Shown one piece after another: positions 42,372 through 51,668 of a stretch of 55,549 nt of DNA (position 1 is its first letter; each line of letters begins with the position of its first letter). Both the position numbers and the translations under genes were made by a program. The notes beneath the pieces were generated by a model. That model saw only the letters and a list, made by a program, of their open reading frames with translations, had not been told where the DNA came from and made no database searches. Source of the DNA: a virus (lineage: Duplodnaviria; Caudoviricetes); IMG/VR virus record IMGVR_UViG_3300028138_000005, positions 1 to 55,549 of that record. One strand, written 5' to 3'.

Positions 42372-43693
42372 AGCCCCTCGAGGAGGTTGTTTGCTGCATA
42401 GTGGACTCTGGTTGCTTCCCGGCCCTGGCACGGTGCATGGCCAAAGCTACCCAAAAGACCTATTACCACTCCGAATATGAGCAGGAATACCTTTGCGTTG
42501 AACGCTGCGTGATTGGGGATGGGTGCGATGATCCGCCCAACAGTTTCGAGCGCCTGGATGAGTACATGGATCCCGAGGTGCTCAAGACCATTGACCTTTT
42601 CATCTTCCCCGACATCGGGCACGGCGGGATCCAGCGTTACTTAAAGAGCATCGGCAAACTGGTGTGGGGGTCGATGGGCTCAACCGAGCTCGAGCTTTAC
42701 CGCACCCGCTTTCTCGACATGCTCAAATCCGTGGGCCTGCCCGTGGTCCCCTCGGTGCGCCTCCGCGGGGTTGAGGCCCTGGCCGAGCACTTGAAGGGGG
42801 TCAAAAACAAGCATGTGAAGCTCAACCGTTACCGGGACAATATGGAAACGTGGCATCATATTGACTTCGAACACAGTCGAACGGAGCTGCAGCGCCTCGC
42901 CCTCGAGTTCGGCCCGCTGGATCCAGTCTTTGTTGTGCAGGACGCCATTGACGATGAGGAGGACTCGCCCGTAATCGAGATCGGCTTTGATGGGTGGTCC
43001 ATTGACGGCGACTTCCCCGAAACCACTTACCAGGGTTACGAAAAGAAGAACCAGCTTTACCTTGGCTCAGAGCTCGCCTACGCCGACTTGCCCGAGGCCG
43101 TGCGTTACGTGAATGAGAAGATCGCCCACGTGCTGGCCTCCTACGGGCATCGCGGGTTCATGGCTACAGAGATCAGGGTGAAGGATGGAGTTGCTAACTT
43201 CATCGATCCGACTAACCGCATGGCCGGCCAGACCATGGAGCATCTACTTAAAACCTGCCGTAACTTGGCCGAGGTCATTTACCAGGGTGCAGCCGGCAAC
43301 ATGGTCCCGCCCGATTTCTCCTCCCAGTTCGCGGCTGAGGCTACGATCCATTATAACGGCCCAGGCGGGGACAAGGGCTGGAAGTACTTACGCGTTCCGG
43401 ATAGCGTCATCGATGAAGTTGCCCTGTACCGGTACTGCTACAAGGATGGCGCCTACCACTTCCCAAAGGCCAAGAATGACGAAGTTGGTGTGATTTGCGG
43501 GAATGGGGACAGCATCGAGGCGGCCGTTGACGACCTTAAGGAGAATTTTGCAGAATTTAAAGACGAACCTGTAAGCATCGACCTTTCAGGATTTGCGGAC
43601 TTGGTAGAGCAAATTGAGAAGGCAGAGGGGGAAGGAATAACCTTCTCTGATCAAGAAGTGCCAGGACCTGAAATCGCACTCGAAACCCAGTGA
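42368..43693 (+). CDS. ATP-grasp ligase (PurD-like)
   Basis: LELYR...VGLPV, HVK, FVVQDAI, EIGFDG, GYEKK, GFMATEIR, FIDPTNR ATP-grasp motifs. Confidence 0.75.
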   Translation: MKPLEEVVCCIVDSGCFPALARCMAKATQKTYYHSEYEQEYLCVERCVIGDGCDDPPNSFERLDEYMDPEVLKTIDLFIFPDIGHGGIQRYLKSIGKLVWGSMGSTELELYRTRFLDMLKSVGLPVVPSVRLRGVEALAEHLKGVKNKHVKLNRYRDNMETWHHIDFEHSRTELQRLALEFGPLDPVFVVQDAIDDEEDSPVIEIGFDGWSIDGDFPETTYQGYEKKNQLYLGSELAYADLPEAVRYVNEKIAHVLASYGHRGFMATEIRVKDGVANFIDPTNRMAGQTMEHLLKTCRNLAEVIYQGAAGNMVPPDFSSQFAAEATIHYNGPGGDKGWKYLRVPDSVIDEVALYRYCYKDGAYHFPKAKNDEVGVICGNGDSIEAAVDDLKENFAEFKDEPVSIDLSGFADLVEQIEKAEGEGITFSDQEVPGPEIALETQ

Positions 43694-44133
43694 CGCGATG
43701 GTGTTTTTACTGCGGCATCGAGTGTCCATCCGTGATTTAACCTCCAGCGGATTAAAGTCGGTTTGAATCCTTGCCGACGTTCCCACTCTCGAAGCGTTAA
43801 GGTGATTCCATCCACGGTCAACCTTCGGTTGTTTCGACGATTGTTCTGCTGTTGGGCCATTGTCGCCCAAACGCAGTTATCCGGTGAGTAATTGCCGTTG
43901 TTGTCGAGCCGCTCAATTGTGAGGCCTTCCCTCCAAGTCGGCGCCATATCCTCTAGGAAACCAATATATTTGTGCCATCGCTCGCAGACCTTGACGCCTC
44001 TACCTCCGTAATTTTTGTACGCCTTGCAGTTTGGACCGTAGCAGCGCGAGATCATGTCCGACCAACTCTTATATAGGGGATGCGGTGGTTTGTAGCGGCC
44101 CCCAGAGTGCCCATCAGCTATTTTGAGTCTCAT
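43651..44133 (-). CDS. HNH homing endonuclease
   Basis: SWSDMISRC, YGGRGVKVCERW, TIERLDNNGNYSPDNCVWAT...QQNNRR. Confidence 0.9.
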   Translation of the reverse strand: MRLKIADGHSGGRYKPPHPLYKSWSDMISRCYGPNCKAYKNYGGRGVKVCERWHKYIGFLEDMAPTWREGLTIERLDNNGNYSPDNCVWATMAQQQNNRRNNRRLTVDGITLTLREWERRQGFKPTLIRWRLNHGWTLDAAVKTPSRHWVSSAISGPGTS

Positions 44134-44288
44134 GGCCGCTTTGGTTCCTTCCACGGCTTGGACGGGGGCGGTGGCGGTTTTTGGCCCTGAGATCGCTCTC
44201 GATTCGGCGGCCAAGTAGCCCCCGGCCAGGGTGTCCCGCCGCGCCGTTCAGGTTTCCACGATTGACCCGCCCATGGTGTTCTATTCAT
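44130..44288 (-). CDS. Small Pro/Trp/Arg-rich peptide with an internal repeat
   Basis: TPWAGQSWKPER / TPWPGATWPPNR; ATGA-coupled to the HNH start. Confidence 0.4.
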   Translation of the reverse strand: MNRTPWAGQSWKPERRGGTPWPGATWPPNRERSQGQKPPPPPSKPWKEPKRP

Positions 44289-44301
44289 ACCCCCTGATAC
44301 C

Positions 44302-44754
44302 TTACCCAGGGCGTTTAGACAAGTAGTCCAAAAGAAGGGCAACCCTTTGCTCGGTCTGGGGCGGCATCTCGGCCAGCTTCCGGCTCATGCCGATCAGGGC
44401 ATTGACGTCCGCGGGCAGAAGTGGCAAGCCCGCATGGGCCAGCCGGCTCTGGGTATCGTGGTAGTCAATGCTCAGGTGAGCAGCTTGGAGGTCGCCGTGC
44501 TTGGTCGCGATCGTCGATCCGCCAATGAAGGCCATGGCATCAGCTACCATTTTGCCTCGCCCCTCCTCGCTCCGGTAATCAATCCCGGTCTTTGTGAACA
44601 GATCGAAGATATGAAAGTTGAGGGTGAGCGCCCGTTGCAGCCGGTCATTGAGACCAGCATCCACTATGTTGAGCTGCACCAGATTGTCCATGAGCGGGTT
44701 TAGCGCCCCGGGACCAATCGGGAACTTCAGATCCGGCAGCATCCGTAAGCTCAT
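44302..44754 (-). CDS. Putative virion protein, paralog of 890-1321
   Basis: By-eye alignment with 890-1321; coupled to the scaffold stop. Confidence 0.6.
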   Translation of the reverse strand: MSLRMLPDLKFPIGPGALNPLMDNLVQLNIVDAGLNDRLQRALTLNFHIFDLFTKTGIDYRSEEGRGKMVADAMAFIGGSTIATKHGDLQAAHLSIDYHDTQSRLAHAGLPLLPADVNALIGMSRKLAEMPPQTEQRVALLLDYLSKRPG

Positions 44755-45980
44755 ACCAGCTCCTTACGTGCGCTTTCCTCCCAGGATAGACCATCGCCAG
44801 CCGGCGCGGCGCCGCCTCCGCTACTGCGGCGGGTGGTGGTGTTGGGGTTGGGCTTCTTGATCTCCTCGAGCTCGGCTTTGGCGGCCGCCAGCTCGGTCTT
44901 GAGGCGGGTGATCTGCAGCTTCATCGGGTAATGAGCCGCAACCATCTGGCGCACATGGGCGAACTTGATAGCCCCTTGCTGGGCATCAGCCGGCTCTGAG
45001 TCAAAGATCCCGTAGCCTTTCTGGCGCAGCTCGGCGGCCTCTTTGTCATCGGCGGGATCGTGGTATTCCTCGATCTTCTCAGCCAGCTCGCTCCCCAGGC
45101 GATCCACGGTGGTTTTCCACTGTTGGCGGGCCTGGACCTGGGCTCCCTGCTCCTGCTTCTCGAGCTCGGCCGCTTTGGCCTTCTCCTGGGCCAGGGCACG
45201 CTGGAATGACGCGTTGATCGACTTCATCTGGTCGAGCTTGGGTCCCAGGGCGATCACGGCGTCATCACCAAACATTTTGCGAATCTCCGCATACCGTTTG
45301 TTGGGTGAATCGATGCTGTAGAGGTACTGCAGATCGTCCTTGGTCCCGCGGCGGGTCTCGCCGGTGTCGGGGTCCGTGACTTCCATGTGCACGATCAGAT
45401 CCTCGGTGCTGAGTGAGGTCTCATCGAAAGGCTCTTGAAACTTCTTGGTGAAGGCCGGATCCAGCTCCTTCTTAGCGCGGCGGGCCTCGGCTTTAGCTTC
45501 ATCACGCTCTTTCTCGATCTGGGTCAAACGTGCGGTGAGAGCCGCGGTGTCCTGGCCTTTGGCCTCGAACTCTTTGATCCGCTTTTCGTAATCCGTAGCC
45601 TTTTGGGTCAAAGTGGCCGCCTCGGTTTTCCAACGCTCGAGCTCGGCTCGCAAGTTGTCAGCCGGCCGCTTGGGCTCGGGCTTACTCAGATCCGGCTTTG
45701 CAGCTTCCGGCTTGGCGGCCGGCGCGGCGCCCGCGGCAGGCTTGCCCTGGGTGGTGTCGGGCTTCTTATCGAAGGCCGCAACCTTGGCCTCGAGGTCCGC
45801 GAAAGGATTATCTGCGCCTGGGGGTGGTGGCGCGGCTGATGGTGGCGCCGAGGGCGGCGATCCCGCGGGCGATGCGCTCGGGGAAGGGGATGGGGGTGCC
45901 TGGGCTGGGGCGGGTGCGGGCGCGGCCGCTGCGGCGGGGGATCCCGGGGCTGCTGCCGGGGGTGTTAGTACGTCTGGCAT
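44751..45980 (-). CDS. Capsid scaffolding protein
   Basis: Pro/Ala-rich N-terminus, long charged coiled coils, flexible Gly linker then terminal helix SWEESARKELV. Confidence 0.7.
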   Translation of the reverse strand: MPDVLTPPAAAPGSPAAAAAPAPAPAQAPPSPSPSASPAGSPPSAPPSAAPPPPGADNPFADLEAKVAAFDKKPDTTQGKPAAGAAPAAKPEAAKPDLSKPEPKRPADNLRAELERWKTEAATLTQKATDYEKRIKEFEAKGQDTAALTARLTQIEKERDEAKAEARRAKKELDPAFTKKFQEPFDETSLSTEDLIVHMEVTDPDTGETRRGTKDDLQYLYSIDSPNKRYAEIRKMFGDDAVIALGPKLDQMKSINASFQRALAQEKAKAAELEKQEQGAQVQARQQWKTTVDRLGSELAEKIEEYHDPADDKEAAELRQKGYGIFDSEPADAQQGAIKFAHVRQMVAAHYPMKLQITRLKTELAAAKAELEEIKKPNPNTTTRRSSGGGAAPAGDGLSWEESARKELV

Positions 45981-46164
45981 ATTCTTGAGTTATTTCGTTT
46001 TTGATGACTGCGGATCTGCACACTGGACCAAACTCTTTGCGAGCCCCTTCCAGGGCCTGGGCGGCTGTATCGGCCGGGAAATCGGTGATCGCTTTCCATT
46101 CGGCACTGTAGATCGTGTAAACCTTTGACGGCAATACCGAGTTGATCAGGAGCGGAGGCTTCAT
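45808..46164 (-). CDS. Hypothetical protein (3' part overlaps the scaffold)
   Basis: ATGA-coupled to tad1; first about 60 aa look protein-like. Confidence 0.45.
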   Translation of the reverse strand: MKPPLLINSVLPSKVYTIYSAEWKAITDFPADTAAQALEGARKEFGPVCRSAVIKNEITQEYARRTNTPGSSPGIPRRSGRARTRPSPGTPIPFPERIARGIAALGATISRATTPRRR

Positions 46165-46532
46165 TTCACGTTGGTTCCTTCCACGCCTCGAGCTAACCGG
46201 TCCCGGGTGCGCTTGTGCAGCCAGAGCATGGCAGTCTCGAGGTGCGTGAGGGCAACGGCGTTTTCCTTGGTCGAAAACTCGCCTCCCTGGAAACCTTTGA
46301 GCCGGTCAATCAGGATGGCGAGGAGGGCCTCCTGGCTGATGCCATTGACGCCAACCTCTTTGATCGGGCCGTTTTGAAAGTGTATCTCGTCAACAGTCTG
46401 GATCAGACCGTTGCCCCTTTCTAATTGCAGTTGGTAATGGTGGCACGCGCCGCCCTGCCCGGGCTCGTCCAGCACGGCAATTATGATCGACTCGTTGAGG
46501 CCGTTTACTTTGTGATCTGTCAGTAGTCTCAT
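46161..46532 (-). CDS. tad1: Tad1-family anti-defence sponge protein
   Basis: GGACHHY, IHFQNGP, GVNG, LIDRLKGFQGGEFSTKENAVALTHLETAMLWLHKRTRDRLARGVEGT match the Tad1 family. Confidence 0.9.
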   Translation of the reverse strand: MRLLTDHKVNGLNESIIIAVLDEPGQGGACHHYQLQLERGNGLIQTVDEIHFQNGPIKEVGVNGISQEALLAILIDRLKGFQGGEFSTKENAVALTHLETAMLWLHKRTRDRLARGVEGTNVK

Positions 46533-46846
46533 TTTCTACCTTTCTTCTGTTTTGGTTGTGGTTTAGGAGCGGGTTCCGGTGCAGTGGGTCGCGCCGGAAT
46601 TTCGTCAGAATGGTGCATGAGCCCAGGTGAGGGGATCGGCAGATCGGATGGGCCGGCCTCGGCCAGGGTGGTAAGGATAATCTCGTAAAGTCGCGCCCCT
46701 TTGAGCTCGGCCTCGGTAGGGCCACTCTCAATAAACTCGCTCCGCGCATGGAGCAGGACCTCCGCGAACTGTGGATCGTCAGTGGTCCTTACCCACCATT
46801 GGAGCAGTGGTTTCTTGGATTGGAATAGGTCTTTGGTCGATGTCAT
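46529..46846 (-). CDS. Hypothetical protein
   Basis: Helical; ELKGARLY...L motif reminiscent of small portal-adjacent podophage proteins. Confidence 0.6.
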   Translation of the reverse strand: MTSTKDLFQSKKPLLQWWVRTTDDPQFAEVLLHARSEFIESGPTEAELKGARLYEIILTTLAEAGPSDLPIPSPGLMHHSDEIPARPTAPEPAPKPQPKQKKGRK

Positions 46847-46848
46847 AA

Positions 46849-47409
46849 TCAGTGGTCGCAGTCACTTTCATCCCGGTCATGCCAGAGGGTGATCCCTTCC
46901 AGCCAATGGACGTTCCAGCCGTTTTTCTCGTAGAACTCCCAGAGGCCAGTATCCCCGCTGGCTGGAAAATTCTCAGTCCCCCAGGAGTAGGCCGGCATGG
47001 CGAACATGGGCACGTGCCGATCGCGTGGGTAAGTGGACTTGCCCAGGCGATGAACCGCGGGGATCGCTATGGTCCTGGCCGGCACTTCCCAGAGCTGTGT
47101 ATCCCACCCGCTACCCTCGAGGACACAATCATCGTTAAACCACCACACCCAGGATCCAGAGGCGATCTGGTTGGCCTCATCGAAGGCATTGACGTTATGC
47201 GCCCAGTCCAGAGGCGGCCCGATATGGACCCGCACGTTTGCCAGTTTCACAATCTCGGGCAGGCGGGCGATCGTTAGCTCGTCATCGGAATGAACGCGAA
47301 GGCAGATCTCGTAATTGTCTTTGTTCCCTACGGTGTCCCGTATGGACATGATCGCCCGCATGAGCTTGGGGAAACGCTTTCGGGTGGGGAGGAGGAAGGA
47401 AACAAGCAT
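46849..47409 (-). CDS. Glycosyltransferase, GT2/GT-A fold
   Basis: VSFLLPTRKR, EICLRVHSDD, WWFNDDC (xDD), C-terminal H. Confidence 0.8.
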   Translation of the reverse strand: MLVSFLLPTRKRFPKLMRAIMSIRDTVGNKDNYEICLRVHSDDELTIARLPEIVKLANVRVHIGPPLDWAHNVNAFDEANQIASGSWVWWFNDDCVLEGSGWDTQLWEVPARTIAIPAVHRLGKSTYPRDRHVPMFAMPAYSWGTENFPASGDTGLWEFYEKNGWNVHWLEGITLWHDRDESDCDH

Positions 47410-47410
47410 A

Positions 47411-47602
47411 CTATTTGTGCCAGCGTTTACCGCAGTCCATGCAGCGCAAGCCCTCGTGCCAGTCATTCACCCAATGATGGAAACCCAAGAAGCACGCGCC
47501 TATGCTGAGTAGCACGAGGAAAACGGCCAGCGGCCACCAGTACCAACCGCATTCTTTCCAGCCGAAACTGGCCCAGGCGTTTTTAAACTCTTTCGGTGTC
47601 AT
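47411..47602 (-). CDS. Small TM + zinc-binding protein
   Basis: Hydrophobic segment then CFLGFHHW...RCMDCG. Confidence 0.55.
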   Translation of the reverse strand: MTPKEFKNAWASFGWKECGWYWWPLAVFLVLLSIGACFLGFHHWVNDWHEGLRCMDCGKRWHK

Positions 47603-48540
47603 GGGGTCATTTGCGCTAAGGGTTGACCGTCATAGGGATCTTTGTTCGGCCAGGAACTCACTGGGAAACCTTTGCCGGCCAGGGCGCTTGCCCGCACCTG
47701 TCTCAAGTCCCACTGATGCAGAGCGCGGCGCTCGTGCTTGAGCTTATTCAGTAGCCAATGGCTTTTGTCATTGGGCGAAACCCCTTTGTCCATCCGAATC
47801 ATCGTAGGCCCCAAGGTCCCAGGGGTGCGGTCCTCGATCATCTTCATCCGGAGATCGAACTTAATTGGAAAGCCGTTGTTCTGTAGCATGAGGCCAAAGA
47901 CATAATCCTCGCCGCTGCTGCCGTCCATCGTTTCATCAAAACCATTTACCTGTAGCGCCCACTCCAAAGGCAGGGCCAGCGAACAACCATAGGTCCACTC
48001 CCCGGGCGCATTATAGGGATTAGAGAGGTGCTTGTGCTGCGCGTAATGCTCCTGCACGTAGGCAACGCGGCTGTCAATCCCATCGGTCTTTTTACCATCC
48101 CAGGTATAGTACTCTGACAGCTTATCCAGGGCTGAGGGGCGGCCAGTCTGCACAACCAAATTGTGAACCTTCTCGTAAGGGCCACACACCACATAGAGCC
48201 CCGACATGGCGGCCTTAACCGCTTCCAGCCATGTTTCAATCAGCACGCTACGATCGTCCACGAACCCTACCCAATCAGTATCACAAAGACAGATCCCGGT
48301 ATTCCGCGCATTTGAGGCTGCCCACCAGTCTTGTTTTGTTAAACGGTACGGACCCTGCCACACAGTTGGTTTCGGATTTACTACCCTTACGCTCGCGTTT
48401 TCAGCGGGTTTTCTGAATGGGTCAACAACGATGACCTTACAGCTCGGTCCATCCGGTTGACGATACAGAGAATCAAGAAACCACTCGATCCTAGGCTCGT
48501 GCCGTGCTGTGGTGTAAACGATCGTCAACGACTGGCGCAT
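47599..48540 (-). CDS. Glycosyltransferase, GT2 family
   Basis: ASNARNTGI, GFVDDR, VNGFDETMDGSSGEDY. Confidence 0.85.
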   Translation of the reverse strand: MRQSLTIVYTTARHEPRIEWFLDSLYRQPDGPSCKVIVVDPFRKPAENASVRVVNPKPTVWQGPYRLTKQDWWAASNARNTGICLCDTDWVGFVDDRSVLIETWLEAVKAAMSGLYVVCGPYEKVHNLVVQTGRPSALDKLSEYYTWDGKKTDGIDSRVAYVQEHYAQHKHLSNPYNAPGEWTYGCSLALPLEWALQVNGFDETMDGSSGEDYVFGLMLQNNGFPIKFDLRMKMIEDRTPGTLGPTMIRMDKGVSPNDKSHWLLNKLKHERRALHQWDLRQVRASALAGKGFPVSSWPNKDPYDGQPLAQMTP

Positions 48541-49043
48541 TTGATTCTCCAATTCGATTTACCTCTAAACTTCACCCTTCGGCGCCATCGGTAAGTCCTC
48601 TTTGTTGAGCAGCCCTTGCAGTACGATTTTACCCCGGTTTTGACGCGCCGATCTCGGAAAAACTCCGTTAGGGGCTTTTCCTTGTGGCAGTCCCGACACT
48701 CTTTTGAGCCCTTGGTGCGATTATAGAACTTGTCGCCATGGTCAAACTGATGGGACGTATTGCACCCAAAACAGAGGAAGCGCATTCGGCCGGATCGGTC
48801 GTGTTGGAGTGTGATCACTGTGCTCGCTCCGTGTTTTCTGAGCCAATTCATAAATACGCCGCAACCTGGGCAGCGGCGAGTATGCCGTTTCAAAATGGCC
48901 TCAAGTCTCGCCAGGGTCGGTACAGTTTTCCCTTTGCTTTTAGCATCCGTCCTCATTTGAAGGAAACGGGCGTGTTTGGGGCAGTAGTAGCCAGATCCCC
49001 ATTTGACGTCACCTCGGGCAGAGCATTTTCGACAAGTTTTCAT
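48525..49043 (-). CDS. Zinc-finger endonuclease (HNH/EndoVII-like), probable homing endonuclease
   Basis: CPGCG...TLQHDR...RFLCFGCN plus KECRDC..KPLTEF...SYCKGC. Confidence 0.65.
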   Translation of the reverse strand: MKTCRKCSARGDVKWGSGYYCPKHARFLQMRTDAKSKGKTVPTLARLEAILKRHTRRCPGCGVFMNWLRKHGASTVITLQHDRSGRMRFLCFGCNTSHQFDHGDKFYNRTKGSKECRDCHKEKPLTEFFRDRRVKTGVKSYCKGCSTKRTYRWRRRVKFRGKSNWRIKCASR

Positions 49044-49642
49044 CGCACTCGTTGATACACTGCGCCGGTGCCGATTGGATAGAGCAAACGGAAACCGAGC
49101 TGCTCGAGGCGCATGGCCGCCCGTGTGACTGCCCCGCCCGACCAGTTTAGATCGTCCATCACGCACACCCCACCGATCACCACCTGGGGCGCGAACCGTA
49201 CCACGTCCTGAATGGCCACATTGTCATGGGCGCCGTCAATGTGCAGCAGGCCGATCCCTGGCGGCGGCTCGACATGGCGCGAAGGCTTACGATGGAGCAT
49301 CAGGATGTCTGCCACGCCCAGGCGTTGGATCAGCGCCTGAAAATTGAAGTGAAGATCCCCGTAGTTTTGTTTCCCCCACCATTCAACGTCCGTTGGGTTG
49401 GTCTGGGCCTTCATGGCTTCATCCGCGGACCAGGGCTCAATGCCGACAACCACGCCCAGACCGGTCCATTTGTGGGCCAGGAGTATCGGCACGATGCTCG
49501 AGCCTCCGTAAATCCCAATCTCGAGGCTGATGGCCGGCCGCAAGGCCACTACCAGACTGGCCAGGGTGAGCGACTTATCCAGGCTGCACCACCCTGGGAT
49601 CCTGGGCTGCTCCTGCCTGATGATTTCAAAGAGATCAGTCAT
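49040..49642 (-). CDS. Class I SAM-dependent methyltransferase (Methyltransf_24-like)
   Basis: GWCS..K, LEIGIYGGSS, LLHIDGAH, GGVCVMDD. Confidence 0.85.
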   Translation of the reverse strand: MTDLFEIIRQEQPRIPGWCSLDKSLTLASLVVALRPAISLEIGIYGGSSIVPILLAHKWTGLGVVVGIEPWSADEAMKAQTNPTDVEWWGKQNYGDLHFNFQALIQRLGVADILMLHRKPSRHVEPPPGIGLLHIDGAHDNVAIQDVVRFAPQVVIGGVCVMDDLNWSGGAVTRAAMRLEQLGFRLLYPIGTGAVYQRVR

Positions 49643-49884
49643 TTTAGGCGCACATAAACGGCTTTGTGTTGTGGCAGGTAATGCAACGGACAATCCGAAC
49701 TCACGACTCGATCCGGTGTGCAAGTGCAACCCGCCTCCCAGGCTTCATCTCCGGGGCGAGGTGCAGACATTCTCACTTCCTTTCCAAATTGGTCTTTTAG
49801 AACCAACGAGTTTCCCTCGCCTACATGCCTCACGTTGCCGACCTTACGCAAGACCCACAACGCCAGTTTTTCAATAAGATTCAT
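49639..49884 (-). CDS. Hypothetical protein
   Basis: AGCTC...DCPLH motif; coupled. Confidence 0.55.
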   Translation of the reverse strand: MNLIEKLALWVLRKVGNVRHVGEGNSLVLKDQFGKEVRMSAPRPGDEAWEAGCTCTPDRVVSSDCPLHYLPQHKAVYVRLK

Positions 49885-50882
49885 ATAAGATGGAGGTCCT
49901 TTGGTGTGATCTTCAGAATTTCACAGGAGGAGTCATTGACCCCGACCGAGACTAGCCAACCGCCTTCCACCGAAATTGCACCACCGGGGAACACCACTTG
50001 GCGCTTGTATTGCGGGCACTCCTCCCACTGCGCTTTTTTGAGCCGGTCAGTCTCGGCGCCGTAAACGATAGGCTTGTAACTCACTGCCAGGACCTCAAAA
50101 GGCGGATCCGGCCGTGTGAGATACGCGCCCATGAAGTAGCGCCGGTAAAACTGGCCGTACTCGTTATCCAGGCCACTATGGAAGAATCTGATCAGATTCC
50201 CTTCGAAAAGGAGTGGGCTAGTTCCGCCCCGTACTTGCCCATAAGGCCAGCGCGGCCCTGGGGTGCGGTACTCGGCGCCTATCTCTGAGCCGTTGAGCCG
50301 GTAGGTCACTTGCTGGGGATGACACTGGTAAATGCAATAGAGATCGAAGTCGTTCCCGAAAAAGACCCAGTTCTTTTGGATTGTGAGGTAGTCATTGCCG
50401 GGGAGTGGCGGCTTTTTGGGATCGAGGATCTTCTGTTCACCCAGGCGGCCAAACATAACTACTGACTTCCATGGCATTCGTGGGAAGGTGCTTTCAACCC
50501 AGGAAATATGTACGGCGCCCTGGTGCAGAAACAGCTTGGGATCCTCGCCGCCCTCGCCCAGGGGAATTTTTTCGTTGTGAATAACCTTGCCTTCAAAGTC
50601 CATCATCGCCAAAGCAAGATCTGAATGCAGTGAATTGCCGGCGAGGTCAGAGCTCTTGCCATCGTGGTATCTGTAGGCCATCAGGAGGCCTCTGTCCCGT
50701 TCGATGATACTCGGATTGTATCCGTAGGGGAACAGCTTCTTGTGCTCGAGCGCCAGGGCGTTGTGCTGGTCAATAACCCGGGGATAACGCCCTGTGACTT
50801 TGTGCTCGAGGATGAACCACGCGGCCAGCTCGCTATTGTGTTTGATGCGCGGCGGCGGTGGTTCCGGCTTAGGGCTCGTCAT
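49881..50882 (-). CDS. Five-bladed beta-propeller glycoside hydrolase/phosphorylase (GH130/GH43-like)
   Basis: YNPSI, EDPKL, QKNWVFF, RGGTSP, VVFPGG, VSVGVND. Confidence 0.75.
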   Translation of the reverse strand: MTSPKPEPPPPRIKHNSELAAWFILEHKVTGRYPRVIDQHNALALEHKKLFPYGYNPSIIERDRGLLMAYRYHDGKSSDLAGNSLHSDLALAMMDFEGKVIHNEKIPLGEGGEDPKLFLHQGAVHISWVESTFPRMPWKSVVMFGRLGEQKILDPKKPPLPGNDYLTIQKNWVFFGNDFDLYCIYQCHPQQVTYRLNGSEIGAEYRTPGPRWPYGQVRGGTSPLLFEGNLIRFFHSGLDNEYGQFYRRYFMGAYLTRPDPPFEVLAVSYKPIVYGAETDRLKKAQWEECPQYKRQVVFPGGAISVEGGWLVSVGVNDSSCEILKITPKDLHLI

Positions 50883-51192
50883 GCTCCTCCAATGGTTCGA
50901 AAGGTGCGCTTACCTTCTCGGTCAGTTGCGGCAGGTCAAACCGGCTGACTGGCTCATTGCGATAGCGTTCCATCATGCCCCGGGCAATCTCCTCGGTAAT
51001 CGGGGAAATGCTGTAAATCGAGCCCGGGCTATAGAAGCGGGTAAAGGCCGCCTCCCCGTTAAAGGCCGGCACGTCCACGCGGAGGAAGGCCCCGCCCGCC
51101 ATAGTTGCCTCTGTTACCTTGCCTACGATCTTTTGGTGTCCGAATAGCTCCACAAGGCACGACTCGGAAAACTGATTGGGTTTTTCGCTCAT
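50869..51192 (-). CDS. Conserved phage hypothetical protein
   Basis: LVELFGHQKIVGKVTE...FLRVDVP...SIYSISP. Confidence 0.7.
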   Translation of the reverse strand: MSEKPNQFSESCLVELFGHQKIVGKVTEATMAGGAFLRVDVPAFNGEAAFTRFYSPGSIYSISPITEEIARGMMERYRNEPVSRFDLPQLTEKVSAPFEPLEEHDEP

Positions 51193-51668
51193 TTGTCTAT
51201 TTGGTTTAAATGGGCAAATTGCCCAAAGCGTTGCTGAGCTCCTTGATTGTAGGCCGCGGCAGCCTCCTCCTCCTTTAGAAAAACTCCAAGATGGATTTTC
51301 TTTCGATGGAGCATAAGCTCGGCTACCCATCGCCCTCTATGCCTAGACCACCAAACGCCTTTATAGCGTGAGGTTTTCGGCCTCAAGGAAACGCGAGCAT
51401 TCGCGCCGTTTTGAGACTGAGTTGCTAATCGCAAATTGTGCTTCTGATTGTTGTAACGCGGTAATTCTCGATGATCTACGCCAATACCTTTCGGAGCGTT
51501 CAGGACAACCCTGTGCATCAGGAGGGTCTTGCTCTGTCCCGCTACCTGCTCGTATCGATAGACGTAGCCACGAGGCGAAATACGCCACCTGTTTTCGCTG
51601 AGTAATTCAAAGTCCTCGTCGTCAACGCTTGTTTCGAGGCTACTGTTTTGGAGGGGGATTTTTTTCAT
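51189..51668 (-). CDS. HNH-AP2 homing endonuclease
   Basis: VDDEDF, MHRVVL, VDHR...NNQKHNLR, SRYKGV...WVAEL...HLGVF...AAAAYN. Confidence 0.9.
   Translation of the reverse strand: MKKIPLQNSSLETSVDDEDFELLSENRWRISPRGYVYRYEQVAGQSKTLLMHRVVLNAPKGIGVDHRELPRYNNQKHNLRLATQSQNGANARVSLRPKTSRYKGVWWSRHRGRWVAELMLHRKKIHLGVFLKEEEAAAAYNQGAQQRFGQFAHLNQIDK

Noticed and set aside
42368-43693. purD as an auxiliary metabolic gene, or PurZ-type Z-genome synthesis
   Set aside because: Only the ATP-grasp core is recognisable; PurZ has a PurA fold, and no dedicated polymerase or other pur genes are present.
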